From Candidatus Magasanikbacteria bacterium UBA922 (GTDB taxonomy: Bacteria > Patescibacteriota > Patescibacteriia > Magasanikbacterales > UBA922): a stretch of DNA of 64,000 nucleotides. Positions 50,257 to 60,778 of this stretch are shown piece by piece (position 1 is the first letter of the stretch; each line of letters begins with the position of its first letter). Under the pieces are notes generated by a model. The model saw nothing but the letters and a program-made list of their open reading frames with translations, had not been told where the DNA came from and did no database searches. The stretch lies in NCBI GenBank assembly GCA_002293825.1, contig DBDW01000011.1:9436-73435 (forward strand), in the 5' to 3' direction. Made by a program: the position numbers and the translations under genes.

Positions 50257-50958
50257 CTACCCTCGAGCAATACTAAACCCAGACACTGCTTCCACCCCCA
50301 CCAAATGCAATGCTCGTGCACATTCGAATACCGTACTTCCTGTGGTAAACACATCATCGACAACTAGCAGTCTCTTCCCACGTATCAAAGGAATATAGGT
50401 GGGTATGACCGAAAACACCCCACTCACATTCATAATTCTACCCTGCCGATCAAGTGTAGCCTGCTGTACCGTGTGTACTACACGCTGAAGCGGATCGAGA
50501 AACGGAACACCGGTAACACGACTCACCGATAAGGCAAAAGATTTACTCTGATTAAATCCACGCTCAACAAATCGTTTTCGATGCAATGGCACCGGCACGA
50601 CAATATCCACGCCAGACAATTGGTGTGTGAAAAAAAATTTCTCAATCAAAAAATTAAATGAAGTTTCAAGAGACTCCAAATATTCATATTTATACAAATG
50701 AATCATCTGGTGAATAGGTGAAGTTTCTGTAAACGGTACGATAGCCACATGACGAACAAGCGGAGAATTTTTTCTACAAGAAAGACAAGACACTCCTTCA
50801 GCACTCGGTGTATGGCACACTGGACAGCAAAAAATACCTGTGCAATCAATCGCAGCAAGGCACGCACTACACACATTCTCACCCTCCCGACCACACGCAA
50901 CACAAAAACGAGGAAAAATATACTCAAAAAAACGACGTACCAGTGCCTGCCCCTCCAT
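50257..50958 (-). CDS. comF: ComF family protein (Zn ribbon plus PRTase domain)
   Basis: CxxC pairs, PVPLH..R..ERGFNQS, VVDDVFTTGST. Confidence 0.93.
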   Translation of the reverse strand: MEGQALVRRFFEYIFPRFCVACGREGENVCSACLAAIDCTGIFCCPVCHTPSAEGVSCLSCRKNSPLVRHVAIVPFTETSPIHQMIHLYKYEYLESLETSFNFLIEKFFFTHQLSGVDIVVPVPLHRKRFVERGFNQSKSFALSVSRVTGVPFLDPLQRVVHTVQQATLDRQGRIMNVSGVFSVIPTYIPLIRGKRLLVVDDVFTTGSTVFECARALHLVGVEAVSGFSIARG

Positions 50959-50985
50959 AAGCTAGACGTAAAAAACGTTCACGTA

Positions 50986-51558
50986 TTATTGCAACCAGAC
51001 ACCCGCTACGAGCCACTGAGTGCCTGACTTGAGCATATCGACCTGTGCAGTAATCATCACCGTCTCAGAACTAGAATCAATTCCTCGAGTAGTCTGTCGG
51101 GCTCCGACTTCCACCTGCGCTTTTTCTGGTGTGTACGACACAATACGTGTACTCAAAACTTCGGTAGTAACCCCCTGATACGTGAGATGCTGTTCTTGTG
51201 AATGAGATCTAATCCATTCGTGCATTCCCGATGCAGCGAGTGCCAACGCATCTTCAATATGCTGATTATCATTTTGATTCGAGTAACTCCAAAAACGTTC
51301 TACAAATATACGTGCAGACTGTTTTGCATAAATTTCATCTGGACTTTCCTGCACACTCGTCTCTGACTGAGGAAGCGTATCAGGACGCCTAAATTCTACA
51401 TTCTCAATCGGGGGTAGCTCGACCTCTACACGCTCGTCAGCCAGAGGTGGAATTTCGACGGTCTCAGGATCACGAAGGATCAGAAAAAACAATATTCCAA
51501 GAATACTGAGTATGCCCCCACCCCCAATCAGTAAAATACGTGTTCGTAATGTAAGCAT
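50986..51558 (-). CDS. Bitopic membrane protein, possible VirB8/TcpC-like NTF2 fold
   Basis: N-terminal TM, Pro linker, ARIFVERF.SYS, C-terminal W.V....; follows the VirB4-like gene. Confidence 0.55.
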   Translation of the reverse strand: MLTLRTRILLIGGGGILSILGILFFLILRDPETVEIPPLADERVEVELPPIENVEFRRPDTLPQSETSVQESPDEIYAKQSARIFVERFWSYSNQNDNQHIEDALALAASGMHEWIRSHSQEQHLTYQGVTTEVLSTRIVSYTPEKAQVEVGARQTTRGIDSSSETVMITAQVDMLKSGTQWLVAGVWLQ

Positions 51559-51587
51559 ATAGTACAAATTAGTAGATAACAATCACA

Positions 51588-53453
51588 TTATGATCGGCGT
51601 TCTCCCAGTTGACTTGATTTAAATTCTTTTTTCGCCCGCTCAATTTCTAATAATTGTTGTGGATTCGAGGTAACCAACTGATCTTCGGTATACGAAGCTA
51701 CAATCTGTATTGCAGCATGACGATTTCCTGCAAAGAAAATCCCCTGCCCCACTCCACTATCAAGTAACAAGTATTTCTCACCCTCAGTCAACATAAATGT
51801 TTTCTGAATCATATCCACTGCCGAAGGAGATTGTCTCAACAATAATTGCATAGCAGAGTTATTTACAATTGCCTGACCATAGGGTGATCGAAGAAAATCA
51901 TTCACATCCTGTGTAATCGTCGTCACTCCGAGATAATATTTACGACATCGTTTTACCAATGCGTACATAAATTTAGCACTATCTTCATGAAGCATGAGCC
52001 ACCACGCTTCATCAATAATCAACAATCGACGTTTCTTCTCTGAACGCACAATATTCCAAATATAATTAATCAATGTATAAATGGCCATCGGGCGTAATTC
52101 ATCTTCAAGATCACGCACACTAAATATAACCAATTGATTATTCATATTCACATTAGTCGGCGAATTGAACAATCCTGAAAACGTACCTTCAGTGTATTTT
52201 CGCAATTTGAGTGCCAATGTCTCAGCACCATCCATTCCTTCGAGCACATCAAGCAAATCCTGCATAATCGGAACTTCGACGGTCGACAAATCAGACAATG
52301 TAGTAATATCTTTCTTTGCATACGCTTCCAATACTGCTCGATCGAGAATTGAGTCTTCCTGTGCAGTCATCGTACCAAACATGATACGGAGCAATCCTTT
52401 GAGCGTAATAACTGCACTGCGAATAATATCTTCAGTCGAAATTTGCTGACCCACCGGTCGAGGCAAATCAAATGGATTAACTTTACTTTCTGACGCAAGT
52501 GAAATATTGATATACGTACCACCCACTGCTTCAGAAAGATGTACATATTCCATTTCAGGATCAATCACAATGATATCAGTACCCATCATAAGACTACGAA
52601 GAATTTCCAACTTCACTGCATATGATTTTCCTGCACCAGATGTAGCAAATACCACCATATTCGCATTCTGGAGAGAAAACCGATCAAACAAAATCAAACT
52701 ATTATTATGCTTATTGATTCCATACAAAATACCATTATCACTCGTAAGTTCCGTTGAAATAAATGGAAACGATGCAGCAATCGGACTCGAATTCATGTTG
52801 AATGAAATAACCAGCTCATCCATACCAAGCGGAACAGTAGAATTGAATCCTTGCTCTGATTGATACAGCACGTGTTTACTGTGAATCAATTTGGAACCAA
52901 AAATATTATGAATATCCTCAGTCACTCGTTCGAGCTCTTCTTTTGAAGAAGCATACAGAGTAACATAAAAAGCAAACTGAAAAAAATGCTCAATTCCCTG
53001 AGTCAAATCATCTCGAAGCTGTTCAACATCTCTCAAGGCAGTTTCCCGAATCGGATCACGTGGCGCACCCTTCTCAGTATCTGCATTGATCTGTGCTTGT
53101 AGGGCACCTACCTTTTTTTTCAATTGTTTCAAAATAACGGTAGCATTGACTGGATAAAAAAACATCGAGACATCCATGGTAAGATTCAAATTGAGAATCG
53201 GACTCGACCACCCAATAGAAATATATCGAGGATATGATACGACAAAAATCGTACGCAAAAAGATGCTTCCTAATTGTAAAAAATTAGACTCTACATTGAA
53301 GGCAGAAGGTGCAATGAGATCCCGAAGTGCAACCGTACCTTCACGATAGACACGTTCTTCTTCAAGCGTAACCAAAGTCTCATCAGTATGGGGTACTGAA
53401 CGCCCTTTATTTTTGCGACTTCGTGAATCAAGTGATACGGGTTGGAATGGCAT
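51588..53453 (-). CDS. VirB4/TraC-like T4SS ATPase
   Basis: N.NMVVFATSGAGKSY (Walker A), IDPE.EY, IIDEAW (Walker B), RKY...TTITQ. Confidence 0.92.
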   Translation of the reverse strand: MPFQPVSLDSRSRKNKGRSVPHTDETLVTLEEERVYREGTVALRDLIAPSAFNVESNFLQLGSIFLRTIFVVSYPRYISIGWSSPILNLNLTMDVSMFFYPVNATVILKQLKKKVGALQAQINADTEKGAPRDPIRETALRDVEQLRDDLTQGIEHFFQFAFYVTLYASSKEELERVTEDIHNIFGSKLIHSKHVLYQSEQGFNSTVPLGMDELVISFNMNSSPIAASFPFISTELTSDNGILYGINKHNNSLILFDRFSLQNANMVVFATSGAGKSYAVKLEILRSLMMGTDIIVIDPEMEYVHLSEAVGGTYINISLASESKVNPFDLPRPVGQQISTEDIIRSAVITLKGLLRIMFGTMTAQEDSILDRAVLEAYAKKDITTLSDLSTVEVPIMQDLLDVLEGMDGAETLALKLRKYTEGTFSGLFNSPTNVNMNNQLVIFSVRDLEDELRPMAIYTLINYIWNIVRSEKKRRLLIIDEAWWLMLHEDSAKFMYALVKRCRKYYLGVTTITQDVNDFLRSPYGQAIVNNSAMQLLLRQSPSAVDMIQKTFMLTEGEKYLLLDSGVGQGIFFAGNRHAAIQIVASYTEDQLVTSNPQQLLEIERAKKEFKSSQLGERRS

Positions 53454-53522
53454 ACATAAATCGTAAGTCTATAAAATCTTCAGAGAAAAAGTGGAAAACT
53501 GAAAATACATCACCACCTCTCT

Positions 53523-54218
53523 TTACATAGGCAAATCATCTTCCACCTGCTGACTACGGATGTCACCCAATTGCTCAGCATAGGAAATATCTGGATTATA
53601 GGTACTATAATACAATTCAATCAATGCTTGCGTATCGAGTGCCACCACCTCGAGCCCCATACTAGTAAGACCACTCTCAATCTGCCGCACTCGTAAATCA
53701 AGATTTTCTTTTCGTCGCCTAAACTGTTCTTCTTTCAATTTGAGTGTAAACGTAGGTGTAAGCACTTCTTTAAAACGAGACCAAAAACCTTTTTTCTGAT
53801 CGTCCAATGGAGAATACGGTACGACCACAAAATATCGTTTCGTCATGATTTTACCAATATCGACCAACTCTTCGATAAACAATCGATAATCAGCTATCTG
53901 CACACGAAGCAATTCATTGGGCTGTTCACGTTCCAATTTTGCCAAATTATCCAAATACGGCTTAATCTGCAAACGTCGAGACTGTACCACCACCTGAATC
54001 GGAAAATCTAATGAATTCAAAAAACCAACGTATGCCGAAATAATCGCATTCTGCTCGTCTTCTGATTTCAAAGCAAAATTAATACTCGACGTGAGAAGCA
54101 CCCGTCGCATCGTACCATCCTTCAGAACCACGACCCCATCTTTTATTTCAGCAATCGGTAAATGAGCCTGACTACTCGGCTGTGAAATTCTTTTTTGTAC
54201 TGCTTTCTTATCTTTCAT
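53523..54218 (-). CDS. Stand-alone VirB4/TraE N-terminal-like protein
   Basis: I.EIKDGVVVLKDG, SINFALKSE.EQ, FLNSLDFPIQ; lies between prgI and virB4. Confidence 0.7.
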   Translation of the reverse strand: MKDKKAVQKRISQPSSQAHLPIAEIKDGVVVLKDGTMRRVLLTSSINFALKSEDEQNAIISAYVGFLNSLDFPIQVVVQSRRLQIKPYLDNLAKLEREQPNELLRVQIADYRLFIEELVDIGKIMTKRYFVVVPYSPLDDQKKGFWSRFKEVLTPTFTLKLKEEQFRRRKENLDLRVRQIESGLTSMGLEVVALDTQALIELYYSTYNPDISYAEQLGDIRSQQVEDDLPM

Positions 54219-54300
54219 AACATGTTAGTAGTATACCACGATGACCCCATTCTTGACACATCATTCCTGGACACACATGAATGATGAAAAAATATATACA

Positions 54301-54735
54301 TTATGAATCCGTATCCTCTTCTCGATAATACCCTCCCGTGTTCACAAGTAAAGACAAATCTTGAATACGCTCACGTTTTACCGGTTTTACCTCAGGCCGT
54401 GCTTCAGGCTCTTCAGGAACATACTTTCTCAATACATGTAATTCTTTGCTACTCAAAGTTTTATGCCAGACTCGTCGACTTGGACGTCTCAGTGTCTGAA
54501 TCATATTCAACAAAAAATAATGAAACGCCTGACCATTAACTTTGACAAATGCAATTACCAATCCTCCACCTCCAAAAAAAATAAGAGAAAAAAGAAATAA
54601 CGAAAAATCACCAAATCGAAATGACAAAAAAACCACGAGCCCCACTACCAACAAAATTAAAAACTGCCGAGTCGTAATCGGACCCAAAATTCGATCTTCT
54701 ACATCAATAAATTGTGGAACGACAAATTGTTGCAT
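54301..54735 (-). CDS. PrgI family (VirB3-like) membrane protein
   Basis: VPQFIDVEDRILGPITTRQF followed by two TM helices and a P..RVW motif. Confidence 0.85.
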   Translation of the reverse strand: MQQFVVPQFIDVEDRILGPITTRQFLILLVVGLVVFLSFRFGDFSLFLFSLIFFGGGGLVIAFVKVNGQAFHYFLLNMIQTLRRPSRRVWHKTLSSKELHVLRKYVPEEPEARPEVKPVKRERIQDLSLLVNTGGYYREEDTDS

Positions 54736-54835
54736 GAAACAATACTTAACACAAGATATTACAAAATTTACACAGAATATTCGATACGTACCGACAAAAC
54801 TATACAGGTAATGAATACCACCAATCTATTCATGA

Positions 54836-56059
54836 TCAATCCATCATTTCGAATTTTCGATTCACCTCGATAAGTGCTTGGTATTCAGTATATGACAACT
54901 GACCTTCTCGCAATACAGTAGCTACCGTCTGCCGTGTCTCGAGTGCCCTGACCGTGCATTCAATGTACATACGATATAATGGACTCTGTCTCCAACTATC
55001 TCGCACCTGCAAGTATAACAAGTATGATTCATCTTTCCAACCACTAAATTTTGACAACACCATGTCTCCTGCAGTTTTCGGATCACGTGACAGACGTCTA
55101 AAATCATCAATCGAAAATGAAAGTATTTCTTCTCGTGGCCCCATAACCGCAGGAACAGTATCACCTGAACGCACCTCCTGAATAACACGAGCAGGTGCAT
55201 GTACTGGAGGAATACTCGGTTTCGGCGGAAGCGGAGGAGCCGATGATGCACGTGGTGGTACAGGTTTCGGTGCAGACGCACTCACCAACGTAGCATTGCC
55301 GGATATTTCAAAAAATAATTTCTGTGTATCATCAAGAGACAATCCCAATCCACCATCAGCAGGAGATTTCATCGCATACTCACGAAACTGATGCTCATCT
55401 CGAATACCTTTTTTCCACGACAAAACCAATGCGTTCAGACGAGCTTCCAAATCTTTGGGAAAAGTTACTGAACTAGAAAAATTCACCTGTGTAGTAGGTA
55501 GGTGATACACACTCTCTCGCTCACGCAAAGAATTGATTTCAGACACATCTTCATCGAGCAATGAGCGAAGATCTTCTTTTTTTGTACTCACCACAGGCAC
55601 TGCGACCGATGATTGCGGATGCTGAAATATCCGAGCTACCGGAGTAGTAGTCGCGAGATGTTGTTCGGGCACTACCTGAGGAACGGCAGACGAAGGAATA
55701 GACACATTCGTCTCAGAGGTAGAAGCGGATACAGTAGTAGGGATAATCGGGATCACACGTCGAGGGGTAGGAGACGAAGGTTTTGAAGTGGCGACAGTAG
55801 GGATAATCGGAATTGGACGACGTACCTCACCCTTGTGAGCCACCAGTGGTTTTACATGCGGCACATCTTTATGAGGAATAGAAGAAACTGTACTCGTCTC
55901 ACGAGCAGAATTACTACGATCTTTTGTGTCAGATACCCCGCTTTCCGTACGTTTCATCTGTTTACGCTTCTTGAATTCCTCGAGCGTGATACGCTCGGTC
56001 GTACCATCTGATTTCTTGATAAGGATGGTGGGTTGTTGCTTGATAATTGAATCTGTCAT
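54836..56059 (-). CDS. Hypothetical protein with a long Pro/Ser/Thr-rich linker
   Basis: 407-aa ORF in operon; C-terminal GGLGL, GP.EE...DFRRL and W..SPL block. Confidence 0.7.
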   Translation of the reverse strand: MTDSIIKQQPTILIKKSDGTTERITLEEFKKRKQMKRTESGVSDTKDRSNSARETSTVSSIPHKDVPHVKPLVAHKGEVRRPIPIIPTVATSKPSSPTPRRVIPIIPTTVSASTSETNVSIPSSAVPQVVPEQHLATTTPVARIFQHPQSSVAVPVVSTKKEDLRSLLDEDVSEINSLRERESVYHLPTTQVNFSSSVTFPKDLEARLNALVLSWKKGIRDEHQFREYAMKSPADGGLGLSLDDTQKLFFEISGNATLVSASAPKPVPPRASSAPPLPPKPSIPPVHAPARVIQEVRSGDTVPAVMGPREEILSFSIDDFRRLSRDPKTAGDMVLSKFSGWKDESYLLYLQVRDSWRQSPLYRMYIECTVRALETRQTVATVLREGQLSYTEYQALIEVNRKFEMMD

Positions 56060-56088
56060 ATAAATTCGATCTTAGAATAATTGGAGTC

Positions 56089-57099
56089 CTACTGGTTTTC
56101 CAATTCATCTTGTCTCAAAAATTCTTCATTCCATGTAAATACATCCATCTCATCATCGTAATAATACAAATCTCGAATTTTTTCATCCTGATATTCTTCT
56201 GATAATTCCATTAGTCGAGTAATAATATACTCATCTTTCTCATCTTCAGAAAGAGATGAAAGTTGTCGCAATAACCCAAGATACACCTCATAATATAACG
56301 ATCTTTTCTTTTTTTTACCCCCCAGAAAAATAGTATTATCTTCGACAAAATCAGAATTTTTCTGTCTCTCTTCATTAGAGCGCAAAAAATTAAAACCAAG
56401 ACTGCCCAAAATAACACTCTCAACACTAGTAGAAAGATAAGTAGCTGTATTTAAATATTGAATACGAAGATCTGCTACAGACCTTGTGTCAGTAATAATA
56501 CCAATAAACTGAAAAAAAACTCTTATTCTCTCCACTTTCTTATCTGAAGAATAAAGCTCAAATTCAGGTTCTTGAAATAAAAATTTTTCAATATCAGCAT
56601 ATAGGGCGGATCGTTCAAAAATATCTAACGAAGTTGCATCTTGTATATCCTTAACCAAAGAAAGCATATTCTTTCCACCATGATAATCATACGGATAATT
56701 AAAATCTTTAATAGAATTAACTATCGCAGCATGAAAACTATTTTGAACACTTTCATCCGGAATAGACCCGATAAGAAAATTTCTATACAAATTTGAAACA
56801 TCAAAACCAAGCCTAAATGCCATCGCAAACTGCGTAGAAACAATTTCTGAAATTTGATCTGGGGTTCGAGAAAAAAAATGTTGCCAAGAAACTATCGTAT
56901 ACCACTTCCAATAACTATCGTAAGTATCACGTATCAAATCGAGACTAAAATTTTGTTTTTTAAAGAAATCATGCCATGCATTAAAAAAATTCTCAGAAAC
57001 TTTAGGGTCATAGAGAATACCATAAATCACAGACTCAATTTCTTGTTTCTTCTCAGTATCAAGAGGTGGTAATGTACGTAAAAATTGTAAATCAATCAT
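56089..57099 (-). CDS. Hypothetical AT-rich acidic helical protein
   Basis: Long ORF directly after the VirB6-like gene; ATG at 57099 preferred over TTG at 57114. Confidence 0.7.
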   Translation of the reverse strand: MIDLQFLRTLPPLDTEKKQEIESVIYGILYDPKVSENFFNAWHDFFKKQNFSLDLIRDTYDSYWKWYTIVSWQHFFSRTPDQISEIVSTQFAMAFRLGFDVSNLYRNFLIGSIPDESVQNSFHAAIVNSIKDFNYPYDYHGGKNMLSLVKDIQDATSLDIFERSALYADIEKFLFQEPEFELYSSDKKVERIRVFFQFIGIITDTRSVADLRIQYLNTATYLSTSVESVILGSLGFNFLRSNEERQKNSDFVEDNTIFLGGKKKKRSLYYEVYLGLLRQLSSLSEDEKDEYIITRLMELSEEYQDEKIRDLYYYDDEMDVFTWNEEFLRQDELENQ

Positions 57100-57110
57100 A
57101 GAGTTTATAA

Positions 57111-60100
57111 TCAAAGCATTCCACTTTTTCTTGCAATGTCGACCAATTCTCTATGCGACAAAGCACCGATTTTTTCAGGAGGAAAGCCAAACTGGGTATA
57201 CAATTCTTTCCACGCACTTAAAACATTAGCTTTCACCGCAGGAGATTCATCTTGATTTTGAGGATCAGATATTTTTTTCCACTCAGAAAAAACAGGTTTC
57301 CATTCTTCTTTAAAGTCAGGTGGTACCTTGTGAAAGGAATTCGAGGTTTCATCATACAAACCACTTTCTCCATATTCTCGAGCACCTAAAAGATATCTCA
57401 ATTTAGGCGTACCCATCTTCTTTATCCCATCAGCACTTCGAATACGAGCAATGGTTGCGATCTGTCCTTTTGCACGCTGCTTAATCGTTACACCGGAAGC
57501 AGTAATATTCGTATATTCTCTTCCATCTGCAGCTGATAAAATATCAAAATTAGGTTCCATATAATCTTTAACATCTGACTTTATCATTTGAACCCCATCT
57601 TCCTTTTTGCCAGTTCCCAAAACACCTTTAGTTCCAACCCCATTTTTCATAGCAACCGCAGCACCTACAACTTTTGCACCAAATTCATTGCGCCCTTCAG
57701 CAAACTGATGAAACAAATGAATATTACCTTTTTGCTCAGCAGAATCTTGTACCCCTTTTTGTATAGTACGAAAAAGAATACCAGCTTTTTCCTTGAGATT
57801 TTTTCGATATTCTTCCTGAACCCGAGACGCATCCTCAGGGGTTTTTAGTTCTGTTGCACTTCGTGCAGTAAGTGCTCCCAATAAGAGTTTACCTGCACCA
57901 TCTTCATCATCAATAATCTCATCATAAGAAGTGTCACCAATAGATTGGTTAAAAGATCTCAAAGCACCTACCATCGAATGGTGGTAACCTCTCTGCTGTA
58001 TACTTGCAACAACTCGTGCCTGACTCTGGCTTCGATTCTTTAGAAAATCTTTCTCCTGATCACTGAGAGTTTCCCCGTTTTTTTGCTTATCAGTCAATTC
58101 TCTAATATCTTTCAAATTTCGTTGAAATAATTCAAATATTTCTTCATAAGAAATTCCCTCAAGTTCTTTTAACTCTTCAGATATTTTTGCTCGTTCCATA
58201 TTTCTAATCTCATCCATTTCTTTCCCTTGTAAACCTCTCAAAATATCTGAAATCTTAAGACCAATATTTTTTTCTTCTGACTCAGCTTTCTTAGTTTTTT
58301 GTTCAGCACTTTTAATACTAGTCTGGGCTTGAATTTTAAGCCATTGTGGATTGTTAGCAATTACATCAGCCATCACATTAACACGTTGTTTCTCATCAAT
58401 ATTCTTAATCGCTTCTTCACGATTATCATTGATGAATTTTTCAAAATTTTTCTGTGCATATTTGGTTTTAAATTCTTTCTTCTCATAATCATAACCGTAA
58501 TCCATCTCTTTAATCTCTTTCTTTTTTGCCTGTATTTGATCTTGATAATTTCCTTTACGTATCTCATTTTCAGTTTTACCTAATTGTTGTGAAAGCTTTT
58601 GTATAGCCACCAATTCAAGAACGGTATTCTGTACCAATTCCTCATTTGCCTTTTCCAAAGCTTCCTCAAATTCACGAGTTTCTTTCATTACATATCCAAG
58701 ATTCATGATACCAAAAAATTTATCTTCATCGCCTTTAAGTTTATTTTCAATTTCTTTAAAAGACATCTGATCTAAATGAGTGGCCACAAACGGAGTAGAT
58801 TCTGCTGCCTGCTCTTGAAACTCTCTTAATTTATCTACGTTAAATTTTTTACTCAATTCTTCAAGTCTTAACTCTGGATCTGAAATATTCTTAATTTTTT
58901 CAGCTTCTTTAGGATCAATATTTTTTATTAAAATATTCTCAAGATTTTTATCAAATTTTTGCCTCTGCTCACCCGAAATCTGAACTCGTGCATCAATTCT
59001 TTGCCTATTAAATGCAGTTTCTTTCTGTTTTTCTATCATTTCAGTTTTTTCAGTTGCCATCGCACGGGTTTTTGCATCTGGCGCAAACAAACCTGCAAAC
59101 CCACCACCCTTAGCTGTTACAGCACGAGCCTTCATGTCACGTAAATAATCCACTTTTTTCAACGCAGCATCCCTTCTCAATTTTTCTCTTCCAAAATAAT
59201 CCTTAACAGCCAATAGACCAGTTTTAGATGCTGCAAGTTTTCCATATGCACCACCCACTTCTACCCCCTTACCCACCAACCATCTACCCGCAGCATACCC
59301 AGTAGCAATCGTTGCCACTTTCTTCGTAAAATCTACTGCTCCACCAATAAGCCCAGAACCTGTGGCACCAGTATCCTGCGTCTTCTTGATACCTACCCAG
59401 AGAAACGCAATTCCGAGAAGAAAACTCGCCATATTCTCCCACGTAGTAATCTCGAGAATAGAGACAGACTGCTGAAATTGTGCATTCTCTCCAGTAGCAT
59501 CGATCTTGATCACATTCGGACCACTCTGAATCTCAGAAATAATCTGCCCAGTACCAAAGGTGGCAAACGCAAGCCACAAGAAAAATACCATTATCGGAGC
59601 CACAATCACATGCTTGGTAAATTCACTCCACCACTCACGAGCATAATCCTCACCTTTCGGAAGCGCATAAAGCATGAATGCGAGAGGAGAAAGAATAATC
59701 AGTGCCCACAAGACCACAATACGAGCAATCATGGTAACGAGATACGCTCCAATCGTAACCGCTGCAAGAAGTGCAAACAGAAACGACATCACACTTGCGG
59801 CAAAAAGTGCAAGCGAAGCATTTTCAGGAGTCGTACCAAGGGCATCTCCCGAAACCAAGCCTAAAATTTTATCAAATTGAAACAAATTAATAAGATTCCC
59901 ACCTGCAGTAGCAGAGACAGGATTCAAAAAAGTGATGGTAAAAATATGTGCCACATCGATCACGAGCTGTGCGATCAAATTACTAAAATTGATTAATATT
60001 GCCATCAACACAATCTTCACCAATCCTCGCTTCCACTCATACCCCTCGAGACCGAGAATCGTGGCAAAGGCAATCACCAACAGCCCCACAATAAAGAACA

Positions 60101-60443
60101 TATTTGCCACATCACGAACCATGACCCACCCCAATCGCACCACACTCACGTCAATATAATTATTGTACGATGCCAAGGTGATAAAAAATCGCAAGAAAAA
60201 AATCGCAAGAAAAATACACAATTTTGCCAATTCCAAAAGAATACTCGCCAAAATACGCCCGACCCATCCAAACACAGTCGTAAAATCAATCGCCGCAAAC
60301 ACCAAAGTTACCGACACAATACTAATCAAAAAAATACCTACCAGAAAAACCGGCCACCACGTCCGTTTTTTGAGTACATTCGGAAATAATTTGTCGTACG
60401 CTTGACGCACACCGCTCACAAACGATGCAAAAAAGCGTTGCAT
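57111..60443 (-). CDS. VirB6/TrbL-like polytopic protein with a ~700-aa charged C-terminal extension
   Basis: GW..VRD.ANM.F, LINFS, R.V.LW.LIILSPLAF...LP...W..WW..F; start MQRFF. Confidence 0.75.
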   Translation of the reverse strand: MQRFFASFVSGVRQAYDKLFPNVLKKRTWWPVFLVGIFLISIVSVTLVFAAIDFTTVFGWVGRILASILLELAKLCIFLAIFFLRFFITLASYNNYIDVSVVRLGWVMVRDVANMFFIVGLLVIAFATILGLEGYEWKRGLVKIVLMAILINFSNLIAQLVIDVAHIFTITFLNPVSATAGGNLINLFQFDKILGLVSGDALGTTPENASLALFAASVMSFLFALLAAVTIGAYLVTMIARIVVLWALIILSPLAFMLYALPKGEDYAREWWSEFTKHVIVAPIMVFFLWLAFATFGTGQIISEIQSGPNVIKIDATGENAQFQQSVSILEITTWENMASFLLGIAFLWVGIKKTQDTGATGSGLIGGAVDFTKKVATIATGYAAGRWLVGKGVEVGGAYGKLAASKTGLLAVKDYFGREKLRRDAALKKVDYLRDMKARAVTAKGGGFAGLFAPDAKTRAMATEKTEMIEKQKETAFNRQRIDARVQISGEQRQKFDKNLENILIKNIDPKEAEKIKNISDPELRLEELSKKFNVDKLREFQEQAAESTPFVATHLDQMSFKEIENKLKGDEDKFFGIMNLGYVMKETREFEEALEKANEELVQNTVLELVAIQKLSQQLGKTENEIRKGNYQDQIQAKKKEIKEMDYGYDYEKKEFKTKYAQKNFEKFINDNREEAIKNIDEKQRVNVMADVIANNPQWLKIQAQTSIKSAEQKTKKAESEEKNIGLKISDILRGLQGKEMDEIRNMERAKISEELKELEGISYEEIFELFQRNLKDIRELTDKQKNGETLSDQEKDFLKNRSQSQARVVASIQQRGYHHSMVGALRSFNQSIGDTSYDEIIDDEDGAGKLLLGALTARSATELKTPEDASRVQEEYRKNLKEKAGILFRTIQKGVQDSAEQKGNIHLFHQFAEGRNEFGAKVVGAAVAMKNGVGTKGVLGTGKKEDGVQMIKSDVKDYMEPNFDILSAADGREYTNITASGVTIKQRAKGQIATIARIRSADGIKKMGTPKLRYLLGAREYGESGLYDETSNSFHKVPPDFKEEWKPVFSEWKKISDPQNQDESPAVKANVLSAWKELYTQFGFPPEKIGALSHRELVDIARKSGML

Positions 60444-60512
60444 GTGATGATAATTAGAATACTTGAGACCTAGTATACCACAAAACAAAAACACACGCTA
60501 TCAAAGGTGTGA

Positions 60513-60536
60513 GTCATTCCCGCGAAAGCGGGAATC
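60513..60536. repeat. REP-like palindrome, left inverted repeat
   Basis: GTCATTCCCGCGAAAGCGGGAATC. Confidence 0.9.
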
Positions 60537-60541
60537 CTCAT

Positions 60542-60737
60542 TTAAGAAGCACGGTCCAGCCAATTTGGATTTTCCTTTTCAATAAGCGAAATTTTCCACG
60601 TTCGATTCCATTTCTTCAGCTGTTTCTCTCGAAAAATACTTATGTTCAGTAACTCGCCGCTGTAAATCATTAGTCATACCAATATACAAAACACCATTTT
60701 TTCTACTTGCCAATATATAAACATAAAAATATCTCAT
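60542..60737 (-). pseudogene. GIY-YIG nuclease pseudogene (internal deletion and frameshift)
   Basis: MRYFYVYILASRKNGVLYIGMTNDLQRRVTEHK, then in another frame REKQLKKWNRTWKISLIEKENPNWLD. Confidence 0.85.
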
Positions 60738-60751
60738 ACCCCTCCAAATTA

Positions 60752-60775
60752 GATTCCCGCTTTCGCGGGAATGAC
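60752..60775. repeat. REP-like palindrome, right inverted repeat
   Basis: GATTCCCGCTTTCGCGGGAATGAC, the exact reverse complement of 60513-60536. Confidence 0.9.
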
Positions 60776-60778
60776 ATA

